64,000 nucleotides of DNA from positions 864,001 to 928,000 of the forward strand of contig CAWBZV010000005.1 of assembly GCA_963793305.1 (NCBI GenBank). Direction: 5' to 3'. The DNA comes from an uncultured Gemmatimonadales bacterium (GTDB lineage Bacteria > Gemmatimonadota > Gemmatimonadetes > Gemmatimonadales > Gemmatimonadaceae). The notes under the pieces were generated by a model. It was not told the origin of the DNA and ran no database searches. It was given only the letters and a program-made list of their open reading frames with translations. The translations under genes and the position numbers were made by a program. Shown here piece by piece: positions 50,739 to 60,031 of this stretch (the first letter of the stretch is position 1; every line of letters begins with the position of its first letter).

Positions 50739-51876
50739 GGATGAGATGGTAGATGGAAGCCTGGACTTCTTGAATCCGCGGGATGTAATCCGACCGCACG
50801 ACGATGCAGTGATCCGCCAACCCACGCCGCCGAATCTCACCGCCGTCGTACCCGAGCAGCGCCACCGTCACGAGCTCACGCTTCCGCGCCTCTTCGAGCG
50901 CGGCGATCACATTGCGCGACCCACCGCTCGTCGAGATCGCAATGGCGATGTCGCCAGGCGCGGCGTGGGCGATGAGTTGTCTTAAGAAAATGACATCGAC
51001 GCCAACGTCATTCGCGATCGCCGTGATGTTCGCCGGCTCCATCGCCAGCGATATCGCGGGCATCGGCACATATCCCTCGGGCGGGGCAACGCAGTCCAAC
51101 GCCCAATCGTTGGCGTCGGTCGCCGAGCCGCCGTTGCCGAAGATGATGAGCTTCGAACCCTGTCTGACACTCTCCCGAATCGCCAGCGTCGCGTCACCGA
51201 TGGCGTCGGCCTCCTCGGCCGCGACCGTCGCGCGCAGCGCGCTGTCGTCAGAAACCTTCGCGATGATGGATCCGGCGACATCCGCCATCGGAACCGACTG
51301 CCCCCGCGCCAGAAACGGATACAGGAACTCGGCCTGCCCAACGTCGTGCCCGAGCTCGCGGTGCTCGAAGAACACGTGCACCGTCTCCCACAACGTGTGA
51401 TACAGGATCTCGATCATCTCCTGATGCATGAACGGATCGTGCGTCACCGCTCGAATCGCGTACGACCCGGCCGAGCCGGGAAGCGCGAACGTCATGGCCC
51501 CTCGCGATCGCGCCACCGCCAGCGCCGCCCACACCGCCGGATCACCCTCCGGCGGCCCGAAACCCATGACGATGTCCTCAGGCCGCAGGATGGCATCGAG
51601 CCACGCCGGAAACTCCGGCGAAATGTCGAGCGCGGGCAACGCTCGCTTGCCGACGATGACGGGATGCACGAACTCGACGGACACGTGCTGCGCGTCAGTC
51701 GCATACGACCCTCGTCCGAACGCGAGCAACCGCCCGCCGCGCAGAAAGCGCTGCGCCATCTCTTCGCACGCCTCCGCCAGCACCACCGCCTCGCGCGCGA
51801 AGAACGCCTCGAACAACTGGTTGCGTTCGAGCAACCCCTGTTCGATCTGCGCACCAAGTCCCAATCGCGTCAACAT
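50725..51876 (-). CDS. Tandem SIS-domain (GmhA/phosphoheptose isomerase-like) protein
   Basis: Two SIS halves: GRGSYATDAQH and FGNGGSATDA, TAIAND, AISTSGGS, RIQEVQ. Confidence 0.85.
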   Translation of the reverse strand: MLTRLGLGAQIEQGLLERNQLFEAFFAREAVVLAEACEEMAQRFLRGGRLLAFGRGSYATDAQHVSVEFVHPVIVGKRALPALDISPEFPAWLDAILRPEDIVMGFGPPEGDPAVWAALAVARSRGAMTFALPGSAGSYAIRAVTHDPFMHQEMIEILYHTLWETVHVFFEHRELGHDVGQAEFLYPFLARGQSVPMADVAGSIIAKVSDDSALRATVAAEEADAIGDATLAIRESVRQGSKLIIFGNGGSATDANDWALDCVAPPEGYVPMPAISLAMEPANITAIANDVGVDVIFLRQLIAHAAPGDIAIAISTSGGSRNVIAALEEARKRELVTVALLGYDGGEIRRRGLADHCIVVRSDYIPRIQEVQASIYHLIRANA

Positions 51877-52883
51877 ATGCGAGGCAGAGGATCCCCGACG
51901 AGCATATCCACGATGCGGCTCCCGCCGTACCCCGTTGTGACGAGCACGGAGCCGGCTGGCTCGCTCTTGATCTCACCAATAAGCGCTGCGCGCTCGCCCA
52001 TTGCCGCCAACGCCATCTCGGCATACTCGGCCGCAACAACCGTCAGGAATTGCCCTTCGTTGGCAATGTGTAGTGGATCGAGACCGAGTAACTCGCAGGC
52101 GCCTCTGACCTCCGCACGGACCGGTATGAGCTCTTCCAGGAGATGAACGCCGAAGCCGCTGTCGAGGGCCAGCTCATTGAGTGTCGTCGCGACCCCGCCC
52201 CGGGTCGGATCGCGCATCCACCGCACACCGGGGCCCGCGGCTCGCATCAACGCTTCCACGAGCGGGAAAACCGATCGCGTGTCCGACTGGAGATCGGCCT
52301 CCAGATCCAGCTCCCCACGCGCGAGCAAGATCGTGATCCCGTGATCCCCGATGGGCCCCGAGACAATGATCTTGTCCCCAGGTTGAACCTGGCGGGGCCC
52401 GAGCACGAGCCCGGGGCGCCGTAGTCCAATCCCTGTCGTCGTGATGTACATCTGGTCGGCCTTGCCGTGCTCGACGACTTTCGTATCGCCACCGACGATC
52501 GCAATCCCGGCGCACGCGGCGGCCTGTGCCATCGCGCGCACTTCGGCCTCGAGGACACTCGTCGGCAATCCCGCCTCGAGCACAAACGATACGACCATCG
52601 CCACCGGCGTGGCGCCAGATACCGCGAGGTCGTTCACGGTACCGTTGACGGCCAACTCTCCAATGGACCCGCCGGGGAACTTGAGCGGCGTGACGACAAA
52701 CGCGTCGGTCGTAATGGCCACTGCCGCTCCGTCGACGTCGACCGTCGCCGCATCGCCGAGCGACTCGTGCGCATCGTAGGCATCGCGCATGAGCAACGGC
52801 GCGATCAGCCCGTCGATGAGGCGCCGGGTCGCCTTGCCGCCGGCGCCATGGGCCATCTCGATCTGCGGCTCGCGAAATTTCAC
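51870..52883 (-). CDS. hypE: Hydrogenase maturation protein HypE
   Basis: MAHGAGG, FPGGSIG.LAVNGTVND, GGDTKVVE, MRDPTRGG, terminal LPRIC; GTGA overlap with hypD. Confidence 0.96.
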   Translation of the reverse strand: MKFREPQIEMAHGAGGKATRRLIDGLIAPLLMRDAYDAHESLGDAATVDVDGAAVAITTDAFVVTPLKFPGGSIGELAVNGTVNDLAVSGATPVAMVVSFVLEAGLPTSVLEAEVRAMAQAAACAGIAIVGGDTKVVEHGKADQMYITTTGIGLRRPGLVLGPRQVQPGDKIIVSGPIGDHGITILLARGELDLEADLQSDTRSVFPLVEALMRAAGPGVRWMRDPTRGGVATTLNELALDSGFGVHLLEELIPVRAEVRGACELLGLDPLHIANEGQFLTVVAAEYAEMALAAMGERAALIGEIKSEPAGSVLVTTGYGGSRIVDMLVGDPLPRIC

Positions 52884-54005
52884 ACCGTTGCGGGCTGGCG
52901 CCCCAACGTCTTCCGATGCTCGTAGTTGTAGTACGCTGCGCATGATCCTTCCGAGGAGACCATCAACGCCCCGACCGGCCGCTCGGGCGTGCACTCGCGC
53001 CCGAACAGTTTGCACTGCACAGGCTTGAGCACGCCCTTCAAGACTTCACCGCACTGCGCGGCCTTGGGATCGGTCACCCGCACCCCCGCGATGTCGAATC
53101 GGCGCTCGGCATCCCACTGCGCGTAGCTCTCCTTGATCCGCAGGGCAGACTGCGAGATGAACCCGAGCCCGCGCCACTCGAAGAACGGCCGCAGCTCGAA
53201 CACCTCGGCCATCGCCGAGAGCGCGGCCCGGTTGCCTTCCCAGGGAACGACGCGCTTGTATTGGTTCTCGACGATCGAGGTACGCCGTTTGATCTGCCGC
53301 AGCAACATGACGATCGATTGCAGCATGTCGAGTGGCTCGAACCCGGAGACGACGATCGGCCGCTTCTCGTCCCGCGCGATCCACTCATACGGCCGGCATC
53401 CAATCACGGTCGACACGTGCCCGGGACCGATAAACGCGTCCAGTCGCATATCGGGTGAATCCAATATCGCCCGAATAGCGGGGATGATGGTGACGTGGTT
53501 ACAGAACACCGAAAAATTCTTGATGCCCTCGGCTTTCGCCCGCATGAGCGTCAACGCGGTCGATGGCGCCGTCGTCTCGAACCCGATGGCGAAGAACATG
53601 ACGTGCCGGTCGGGATTGGTTCTGGCCAGCTTGAGGGCGTCCGATGGCGAGTACACGATGCGCACATCCATGCCCCGCGCCTTGTGCTCCAAGGGGCTGC
53701 CGTGCGCACCCGGCACGCGCATCATGTCGCCGAACGCCGCGAAGATGACCTCGGGCTGCCTGCCGAGCGCGAGCCCGTCATCGATCCGCCCCATCGGAAG
53801 CACGCACACGGGGCATCCCGGCCCGTGAATCAACTCGAATGTTCTCAGGCAGGACATCCTTGAGCCCGAACCGATAGATCGCGTGCGTATGGCCACCGCA
53901 CACCTCCATGAACCGATACCGACGCCCGGGGTCGGTCAGCCACCGGATCTCCTCGGCGACCGTGTTGATCACCTCGGGATCGCGAAACTCATCGACGAAT
54001 CTCAT
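52880..54005 (-). CDS. hypD: Hydrogenase maturation protein HypD (apparent +1 frameshift near 53839)
   Basis: MEVCGGHTH in one frame; HGPGCPVC, GFETT, GPGHVS, MVSSEG in the other; removing one T from AACATTCGAG restores ENIELIHG. Confidence 0.93.
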
Positions 54006-54277
54006 GAGGACTCCAGCCCGTAGCCGCGGACCTCTTCCATCGCCGCCAGGTCTTCGCCGAGGATTCTTAACGTTCGCATCTGCTCGGCCGCGTCCTGCTC
54101 GCTGATCTTGCTCATCGCGAAACCGACGTGAATGAGGACCCAGTCGCCAGGAACTGGATGCTCATCGACGAGCAGCCCGAGATCCACGCGCCGGCGCACC
54201 CCATTGACGTCAACGAGCGCGAGCGTCGCGTAATCGGCGACCATCTCGACGATCTTACCGGGAATCGCTAGGCACAT
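54002..54277 (-). CDS. hypC: Hydrogenase assembly chaperone HypC
   Basis: MCLAIPG, GDWVLIHVGFA. Confidence 0.95.
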   Translation of the reverse strand: MCLAIPGKIVEMVADYATLALVDVNGVRRRVDLGLLVDEHPVPGDWVLIHVGFAMSKISEQDAAEQMRTLRILGEDLAAMEEVRGYGLESS

Positions 54278-54409
54278 TTGGCGACAATGTGGAATGTACA
54301 CCTGAACTCATCGAGCCTGAGCGTCGTTTGATCGGCGACCATCTCGACGATACTATCGGGAATCGCTAGACACATTGGCGACAATGTCGAATGTACACTT
54401 GAGCTCATC
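54221..54409. repeat. Diverged tandem duplication of about 92 bp at the yceI/hypC junction
   Basis: Copies at 54221-54312 and 54319-54409 share ATCGGCGACCATCTCGACGAT, GGGAATCGCTAG, TTGGCGACAATGT, GAATGTACAC. Confidence 0.9.
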
Positions 54410-54916
54410 CTTTGCCTTGACCGCCCCACCTGCGGCGCTCACGAGCTTGATTCCGTAGTCAGTCTGTCTGACACTGAACTCACCATACGCCCGCAGTGTC
54501 GCAGGACTGACAATCGTACGCGCATTCACAGGCTGCCGGCGCGAAGCGCCGTGCAGCGTGAGATTGCCCGAAAGGGCAACATCGAATTGCCCATCGCCGG
54601 TGCGCTTCGTGGTGGTAACGGAGGTCGGCGAATCGTACGAGATAGTCTGGTATTTCGATATCTCGAGCACTTGATCCCGCATGATGCTCTCGATCTCCTC
54701 CCGATCGCGACTGCTGACGTCGTCGATGAGCTCCAACGAAGCCCCGGTGATCGAGAGCGCCAACGACGCGTCGGCGCCCGATTCCGGATCGATGTTAACC
54801 TCGCCCTCGTACTGCCGGACCGCAAATGTCGGATTGTGCGCCAGCGCCGACAACATGCCGGCCGCAAACGCCTTGATCGTGAATTTGCTCACGCCAACCT
54901 CGATCCTATACCTCAC
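54353..54916 (-). CDS. YceI-like protein
   Basis: Y.I....S.F start, L...KY..I.Y, LSGNLTLHG, F.VRQTDYGI. Confidence 0.8.
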   Translation of the reverse strand: MRYRIEVGVSKFTIKAFAAGMLSALAHNPTFAVRQYEGEVNIDPESGADASLALSITGASLELIDDVSSRDREEIESIMRDQVLEISKYQTISYDSPTSVTTTKRTGDGQFDVALSGNLTLHGASRRQPVNARTIVSPATLRAYGEFSVRQTDYGIKLVSAAGGAVKAKDELKCTFDIVANVSSDSR

Positions 54917-55113
54917 ATAGCTCTGAGCTTCAGATATCGGGCCACATCGGGCACGGCGTTCTGGATCAGGTCGACTGGCCGTATCTGCCCCAGCAATTGC
55001 CGAACGTTCCGGTTCGACAAGATCAAGCCGGCGCCGAGGACCGCCAGCGCCACTCCGCCGAACAGGAGCATAGTATCCCGATCGGCCGCGTCGTCATTCT
55101 CGACTGCTCTCAT
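54913..55113 (-). CDS. Small membrane protein of the hydrogenase cluster
   Basis: Single TM, PDVARYLKLRAM end, GTGA overlap with the YceI-like gene. Confidence 0.65.
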   Translation of the reverse strand: MRAVENDDAADRDTMLLFGGVALAVLGAGLILSNRNVRQLLGQIRPVDLIQNAVPDVARYLKLRAM

Positions 55114-55853
55114 CGCTCCCCCCATTCAAGAATTTCGCGATCAGCAACTCCACGACGGTCGCGGCCTGCACGACAGCGGCCTCTACTTCGGGACTCAGCC
55201 CCATCTGCCCTTCCGGCGGCCCCAGTGTGACCGGCTCACACCCGACGATCAGTACGTTCTTCAACGTCGCGCCTTGCGCCCTCGACAGCCGCAACACGTG
55301 CAGGGGATTCATGTCGTGCGCATCGAATGTCGCCGGGTCGCTCTCGTGCTCGATGTCGGGCTCGATGACAAAGAATGTCGCCCGGAGTCTTCCCCCACGG
55401 ACACGCGTCGACGAGGATGACGTGGTCGTACTCATCCATGAGGGCAAACGCGAGATCGTACCCTCGTATGCCAAAATCGACGACGTTCACACCAGCGGGG
55501 AACTCGCGGCAACCGAAATGCCTGACGACCTCGACCCCGAACCCGTCGTCGCCCATGAAGATGTTGCCGATCCCGGCTACGAGAACCCGTGGCGGCGAGG
55601 GTTCCGGCGGCTCGGCCGCCGCCTCTATGAACTCCAACTCGGCCGGCGCAAAGAAGAACCGATGCGCGGGCGCGCGCGGCCCGAGGGCTCGGCCCGGGTC
55701 GTCGTCGAGCACGACCACGACGTGCTCCTGCCCGCCGTAATCCCGCTCGACGGACGCCACTCGCGCCAACTGACCCGCCAGCGCGAGATCGAAAATGTCG
55801 CCCCGCACTTTGGGCTGAAGCCGCACGCGATCCCCGGGCTGCAGCGTGGTCAT
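55094..55853 (-). CDS. Hydrogenase maturation endopeptidase (HyaD/HupD family) with an extra N-terminal domain (apparent +1 frameshift near 55380)
   Basis: VLVAGIGNIFMGDDGFG, DFGIRG, ILVDA; removing one base joins PGTFFVIEP...DAHDMNP...IVGCEP...GLS. Confidence 0.85.
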
Positions 55854-56608
55854 ACGGGTCTCATCGTCCCATGCAGCTTCATGAGCTGCTCGGCCGCGAG
55901 GGATTGCGTGCGCTCCAACAGCGCGCGACCCTTCTCGTCGGACGCGCGTATCTCGCGCTGCTCATCGTCGGTCAGCGTCAGGATCCGGAGCGACAGGATC
56001 TCATCGATCTCCGTGCTATCGTAGAGATCCCCGGGACTCTCGTCCGCGATCTCCGGATAGTCGTACACAATGATAGGAGACGACAGCATGATCTGATGCT
56101 GTCCGCGCGGACCCGCCAGTACGGGCCACGTCCGAAGGTTCCGGCACTCGCCCGCCGTCGCCCGATAGATCTCCGGCGGGTCGATCATCGAGACGAACTC
56201 TCCGTTCGACACGCCGAGAATCGTGTGCGTCGCCGCCATCGAGTGCCCGGACTCGGGCGTGTTGACGATTCGGGCGCGGAGTCTCAACGTGCGGTCGGCA
56301 TACCGGAGCGTGGACACCTCGACCACGCCACTCAACGAGGCCCAAGCGAACGGCGTCGAGCCCATCGCGCTGGTGGTCACCTCGCGCTCGACCGGATCGG
56401 GCGTGAGCTCGATGAACCGCACGCGCACATCGAACGTCGTCGCCGCATCGCCCATGACGAGACACTCGGTCTGCATGTACTCGCCGGGCGCGATGACGCC
56501 GAAGTTGAACGGCTGGCGATTCTTGAGCGCCGATGGGCGGTACGGGTAGAGCAGGTACCCTTCGTAGAGCAACACATTGGCGACTTTGTCGACGTCGGTG
56601 ATGGTCAT
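55850..56608 (-). CDS. Conserved group 1h hydrogenase-associated hypothetical protein
   Basis: VLLYEGYLLYPYR.SA.KN, LSSPII.YDYPEIA.ES.GDLYDSTEIDEILSLR. Confidence 0.8.
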   Translation of the reverse strand: MTITDVDKVANVLLYEGYLLYPYRPSALKNRQPFNFGVIAPGEYMQTECLVMGDAATTFDVRVRFIELTPDPVEREVTTSAMGSTPFAWASLSGVVEVSTLRYADRTLRLRARIVNTPESGHSMAATHTILGVSNGEFVSMIDPPEIYRATAGECRNLRTWPVLAGPRGQHQIMLSSPIIVYDYPEIADESPGDLYDSTEIDEILSLRILTLTDDEQREIRASDEKGRALLERTQSLAAEQLMKLHGTMRPV

Positions 56609-57234
56609 ACGCGCGTCACCTCCTCCATCACTTGCTCCCAGGTGGGAATGCCGCGAGCGATCTTGAACCGGTAGAGCCGCTCGAAGATGTCCCGCCGGAG
56701 CGCCAACCAGGCGAGGTTCGGATAGTACTGATCCATGAGATTCTTCCATACCTTCACCGGGAGCCGGAACTTCGCCTCGCGGTCCCAGGGGATCGGCGCG
56801 ACCTGCAGCGCCCCGGACGCATCCTGATAGAACACGCTGCCGCTGAACTGAAACGTGAGCGGCACCTCGCCATCGGCGAGCGCATAGAAATACTTGGTCG
56901 CCGCGACGTTGAAGTCGAACGTGCACGGCACGGGCATCTCGACCGTGGTCTCGCGAGTGAACGACGGCACGATCACACCCACGTGCGTCCACAGCAGGCT
57001 CTTGAGCGTCGTGCCCCAGCGATCCCGCTCGCCGAAGAGGTCCCGGAGCTTCGCCGCTTCCTCGCTATCGTACTGGCGGCGCACGACGTCGAGCTGGATC
57101 TGGCACCTCAGGACCACGGTGTGGACCGCCTCGTCGGATGGCTGGTTCGTCACCCGCAGCGCGAATCCCAACATCGGTACGAGAGCAAAGGGCGTCACCG
57201 ACGCGCTCTCAACGGCGAACGATAGATCAGGCAC
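56605..57234 (-). CDS. DUF6084-like group 1h hydrogenase-associated protein
   Basis: LRCQIQL, DLFGERDRW, PCTFDFNVAATKYF, FSGSVFY, PWDREA, YYPN. Confidence 0.8.
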   Translation of the reverse strand: MPDLSFAVESASVTPFALVPMLGFALRVTNQPSDEAVHTVVLRCQIQLDVVRRQYDSEEAAKLRDLFGERDRWGTTLKSLLWTHVGVIVPSFTRETTVEMPVPCTFDFNVAATKYFYALADGEVPLTFQFSGSVFYQDASGALQVAPIPWDREAKFRLPVKVWKNLMDQYYPNLAWLALRRDIFERLYRFKIARGIPTWEQVMEEVTRV

Positions 57235-57788
57235 GACGCCTCAGCTCGTTGAAGAAGTCCGCGATCGCCACCCACACCTGCGTTCCCCCCGAGAGCCCCT
57301 TCCACTGTGTTCGAATCAACCCCACCAGCCGGTAGCACTGGTCGATCGGCGCCACGAAATACTCCGGCACGGCGCGATTGACGAGCAGGGCTTCGAACGT
57401 CAGGCGCCAGCCCTATGTCCTCCCACGTGTCGAGGTCTAGCGCGGACTCCGTTGCCCCAGCCGGGCTCGGATAATACGCCACCACACGCTTATGCGGCGT
57501 GGAATGGACGAAGAACGCCAGGTTGATCGGAATCCCGAGCGCGTCCCATTGCGCGTTGCTCATCTGAAAGTCGCTCAAGAGTCGCACGCGCCGAGGCACG
57601 CGCTTGCGCGTTGTCGTCCGCTCGAACAACACGGCGCAGGCGCCACACGCGCAGATGAGCCGTCGCTCGCCCACCTCGAGCAGATGCTCGTGGTCGCTGT
57701 GCAAATCGGTCCCACACAACTCACACCGCTCGGTCGCCCGCGAGCGGGCATTGAACTGGCGCAGGCGATTGAACGCGGTCGCGCCCAC
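57227..57788 (-). CDS. DUF5947-like group 1h hydrogenase-associated protein (apparent +1 frameshift near 57397)
   Basis: ERCELC, H.H, CACGAC, YPSPAGATES; removing one T from GACGTTCGAA restores PDVEALLV...PIDQCY.LVG...W.GLSGG. Confidence 0.82.
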
Positions 57789-58234
57789 TAGCGCCTGCGC
57801 TCCAGCATCACCAGCGGCTCTTGGCGCTCCACGACGATCGAGTCGACCTCGGGGGCGGCCTCTCGAAGCGCCTCTTCAATGGTTCGGACGAGCGACGTCG
57901 GGCCGTCGACGCGCACGTGCGCCGATGAGTCATCGACGCGTAAGATCTCGACCTTTCCCTCGTGTGTCCGCAATGCCTCTCGGACCCGCTTGGTGGCGTC
58001 CCACGGATGCAGGTCATGCAACAACAGCAGCGTGCGCACTTTCGGATCCCGCGCGAATCGCTCCAGCAGCGCCTCGCCGGGCGCGCCACTCGCGCGCGTC
58101 AGGTCGAGGAGACGCCCGAGTCCAGCGGCATGGAGCTCCATCACGGCCTGCAACAACTCCTTTGACATGGCTTTCGAGGCCGGGTCACTCCCGGCCTCGA
58201 GTTGCTCCACCAGCTCGGCGATGCGCTCGATCAA
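57788..58234 (-). CDS. NifU-like hydrogenase accessory protein
   Basis: VMELHAAGL, LLLLHDLHP, RV..AL, IEEALREAAPEV; TTG start overlapping the hhyL stop; no CxxC seen. Confidence 0.7.
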   Translation of the reverse strand: MIERIAELVEQLEAGSDPASKAMSKELLQAVMELHAAGLGRLLDLTRASGAPGEALLERFARDPKVRTLLLLHDLHPWDATKRVREALRTHEGKVEILRVDDSSAHVRVDGPTSLVRTIEEALREAAPEVDSIVVERQEPLVMLERRR

Positions 58235-60024
58235 GGTTGTATCCCGAACATCGGCGTGTGATGCGTCTCGAGCGTCTTGCCGTTGCCGAGGTACATGTGG
58301 ACGCCGCACGGCAGACAGGGATCGAAGCTCCGCACGGCGCGCATGATGTCGATGCCCTTGAACGAGTCCGGCCCGTTCTCCTCGAAGATCGGCGTGTTCT
58401 GCACGGCATCTTCGTACGGTCCGGGCGTCCCATAGACATCGCGCACGCTGCCGTTCCACGGCGTCGGCGGATACGGGTGGTAGTTGGCGATCTTGCCTTC
58501 GCGGATCACGACGTGATGCGACAGCACGCCCCGGACGGCCTCGTGGAATCCGCAGGCGATGGCCTCGTCGGGCACCTTGAACTCGCTCCACGTCCTGGTG
58601 CGCCCCGCATGGAGCTCGGCCAGCGCCTTATCCACGAAGTAGTACGCGCAGGCGCACGCATACGCCTGGAAGTACGTGCGCGCGCGGTCACGCTCGAGCG
58701 CGTTGCTCCACTTTGGGATCTTCCACTCGAACTCGGTCTCCGGCAGCGTGGCGGTCTTCGGCAGATAGATCTTGACACTCTTGCCGGTCGCTTTCACGTA
58801 CCCAATGTCAACGATGCCGGCCAACGCCGTGGCCCAGAATCTGGCGATCGGCCCGCCACCGGTATCGAGCGCCAGATAATCTTTGCCGTCGAACCACCGC
58901 GGCGACATGGTCCAGCTGTACTTGTCATCGAAGTCGCGCTTCTGCGGACGGGGTATCGTCGTCTGGTTCCATGGGTGCCGCTGATCAACGGGGTTCCCAA
59001 GCGGGTCTTGCCGCACGAAGGTCTCACTATTCTGCCAATCGTCGTAGAACGAATGCCCCAGCAGAATCCTGATCCCCAGATTGATATCAACCAAATCATG
59101 CGTCACCAACTTCCCATCGACAACGACGCCAGGCGTGACATACATAGCGTCGCCCCACGTCGACATCTTCTTATACGTGTAGTCACACGCATCGGGATTA
59201 TTGAACGACCCCCAGCAGCCGAGCAACGTCCGCCGATACCCAACCTTCTCGTATCCCGGTAGCGCCTCATAGAAGAAGTCGAACAGATCATCATGCAACG
59301 GCACGACCTTCTTCATGAACTCGGCGTATCTCGCCAGCCGGACGAGATAGTCGGTAAAGAGCTGGATGGTAGGCACGGTCCCAACGCCGCCAGGATACAG
59401 CGTCGACGGATGCACATGCCGTCCTTCCATGAGACAGAACATCTCACGGGTATATCGACTGACCTGTAGCGTCTCGAGATAGAACGACCCGGTGAAGGGA
59501 TTCAGCGCGGTCATGATGTCCGCGATGGTCCGAAATCCGTGCTGCTCGGCGTGAGGGGATTGGGTCTTCTTGGCCTTCTCCCAAACGCCAGGATTCGTGG
59601 CGCGCACCATCTGCTCGCAGAAGTCGACGCCGACCAGGTTATCCTGGAAGATGTTGTGATCGAACATGTACTCGGCCGCTTCGCCGAGGTTGACGATCCA
59701 CTCACCGAGCGCGGGCGGCTTGACGCCAAAGGCCATGTTCTGCGCATACATGGCGCAGGTCGCGTGATTATCGCCGCAGATCCCGCAGATGCGACTCGTA
59801 ATGAAGTGCGAGTCGCGCGGGTCTTTGCCTTTCATGAAAATGGAATAGCCGCGGAAGATCGACGATGTGCTATGGCACTCCGCGACTTCTCTGTTCTCGA
59901 AGTCGATCTTGGTGAAGATGCCGAGGCTCCCGACAATGCGCGTGATGGGATCCCAGTTCATCTCCACGAGTTTGCGCGATTTCCCCTCGCTGCCAGCGCG
60001 CCCCGTGGGGGCAACAGTTGTCAT
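58231..60024 (-). CDS. hhyL: Group 1h [NiFe]-hydrogenase large subunit
   Basis: L1 TSRICGICGDNH and L2 SFDPCLPCGVH signatures; WDPITRIVGSLG; C-terminal extension after the His. Confidence 0.96.
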   Translation of the reverse strand: MTTVAPTGRAGSEGKSRKLVEMNWDPITRIVGSLGIFTKIDFENREVAECHSTSSIFRGYSIFMKGKDPRDSHFITSRICGICGDNHATCAMYAQNMAFGVKPPALGEWIVNLGEAAEYMFDHNIFQDNLVGVDFCEQMVRATNPGVWEKAKKTQSPHAEQHGFRTIADIMTALNPFTGSFYLETLQVSRYTREMFCLMEGRHVHPSTLYPGGVGTVPTIQLFTDYLVRLARYAEFMKKVVPLHDDLFDFFYEALPGYEKVGYRRTLLGCWGSFNNPDACDYTYKKMSTWGDAMYVTPGVVVDGKLVTHDLVDINLGIRILLGHSFYDDWQNSETFVRQDPLGNPVDQRHPWNQTTIPRPQKRDFDDKYSWTMSPRWFDGKDYLALDTGGGPIARFWATALAGIVDIGYVKATGKSVKIYLPKTATLPETEFEWKIPKWSNALERDRARTYFQAYACACAYYFVDKALAELHAGRTRTWSEFKVPDEAIACGFHEAVRGVLSHHVVIREGKIANYHPYPPTPWNGSVRDVYGTPGPYEDAVQNTPIFEENGPDSFKGIDIMRAVRSFDPCLPCGVHMYLGNGKTLETHHTPMFGIQP

Positions 60025-60031
60025 ATTGTCC

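Noticed and set aside
53830..53850. Programmed ribosomal frameshift or phase variation in hypD and the other split genes
   Set aside because: No slippery heptamer or homopolymer tract; the shared context across unrelated genes points to sequencing error
54221..54409. CRISPR array
   Set aside because: Only two long diverged copies derived from coding sequence, no spacers, no cas genes
58300..58330. Selenocysteine [NiFeSe] hydrogenase
   Set aside because: The L2 motif is DPCLPC with Cys codons and no in-frame TGA
57604..59262. 552-aa plus-strand ORF, and similar long ORFs such as 25102..26571, 6142..7968 and 6248..7744
   Set aside because: Shadow frames of well-supported genes in high-GC DNA; Arg/Ala/Pro-rich with no motifs
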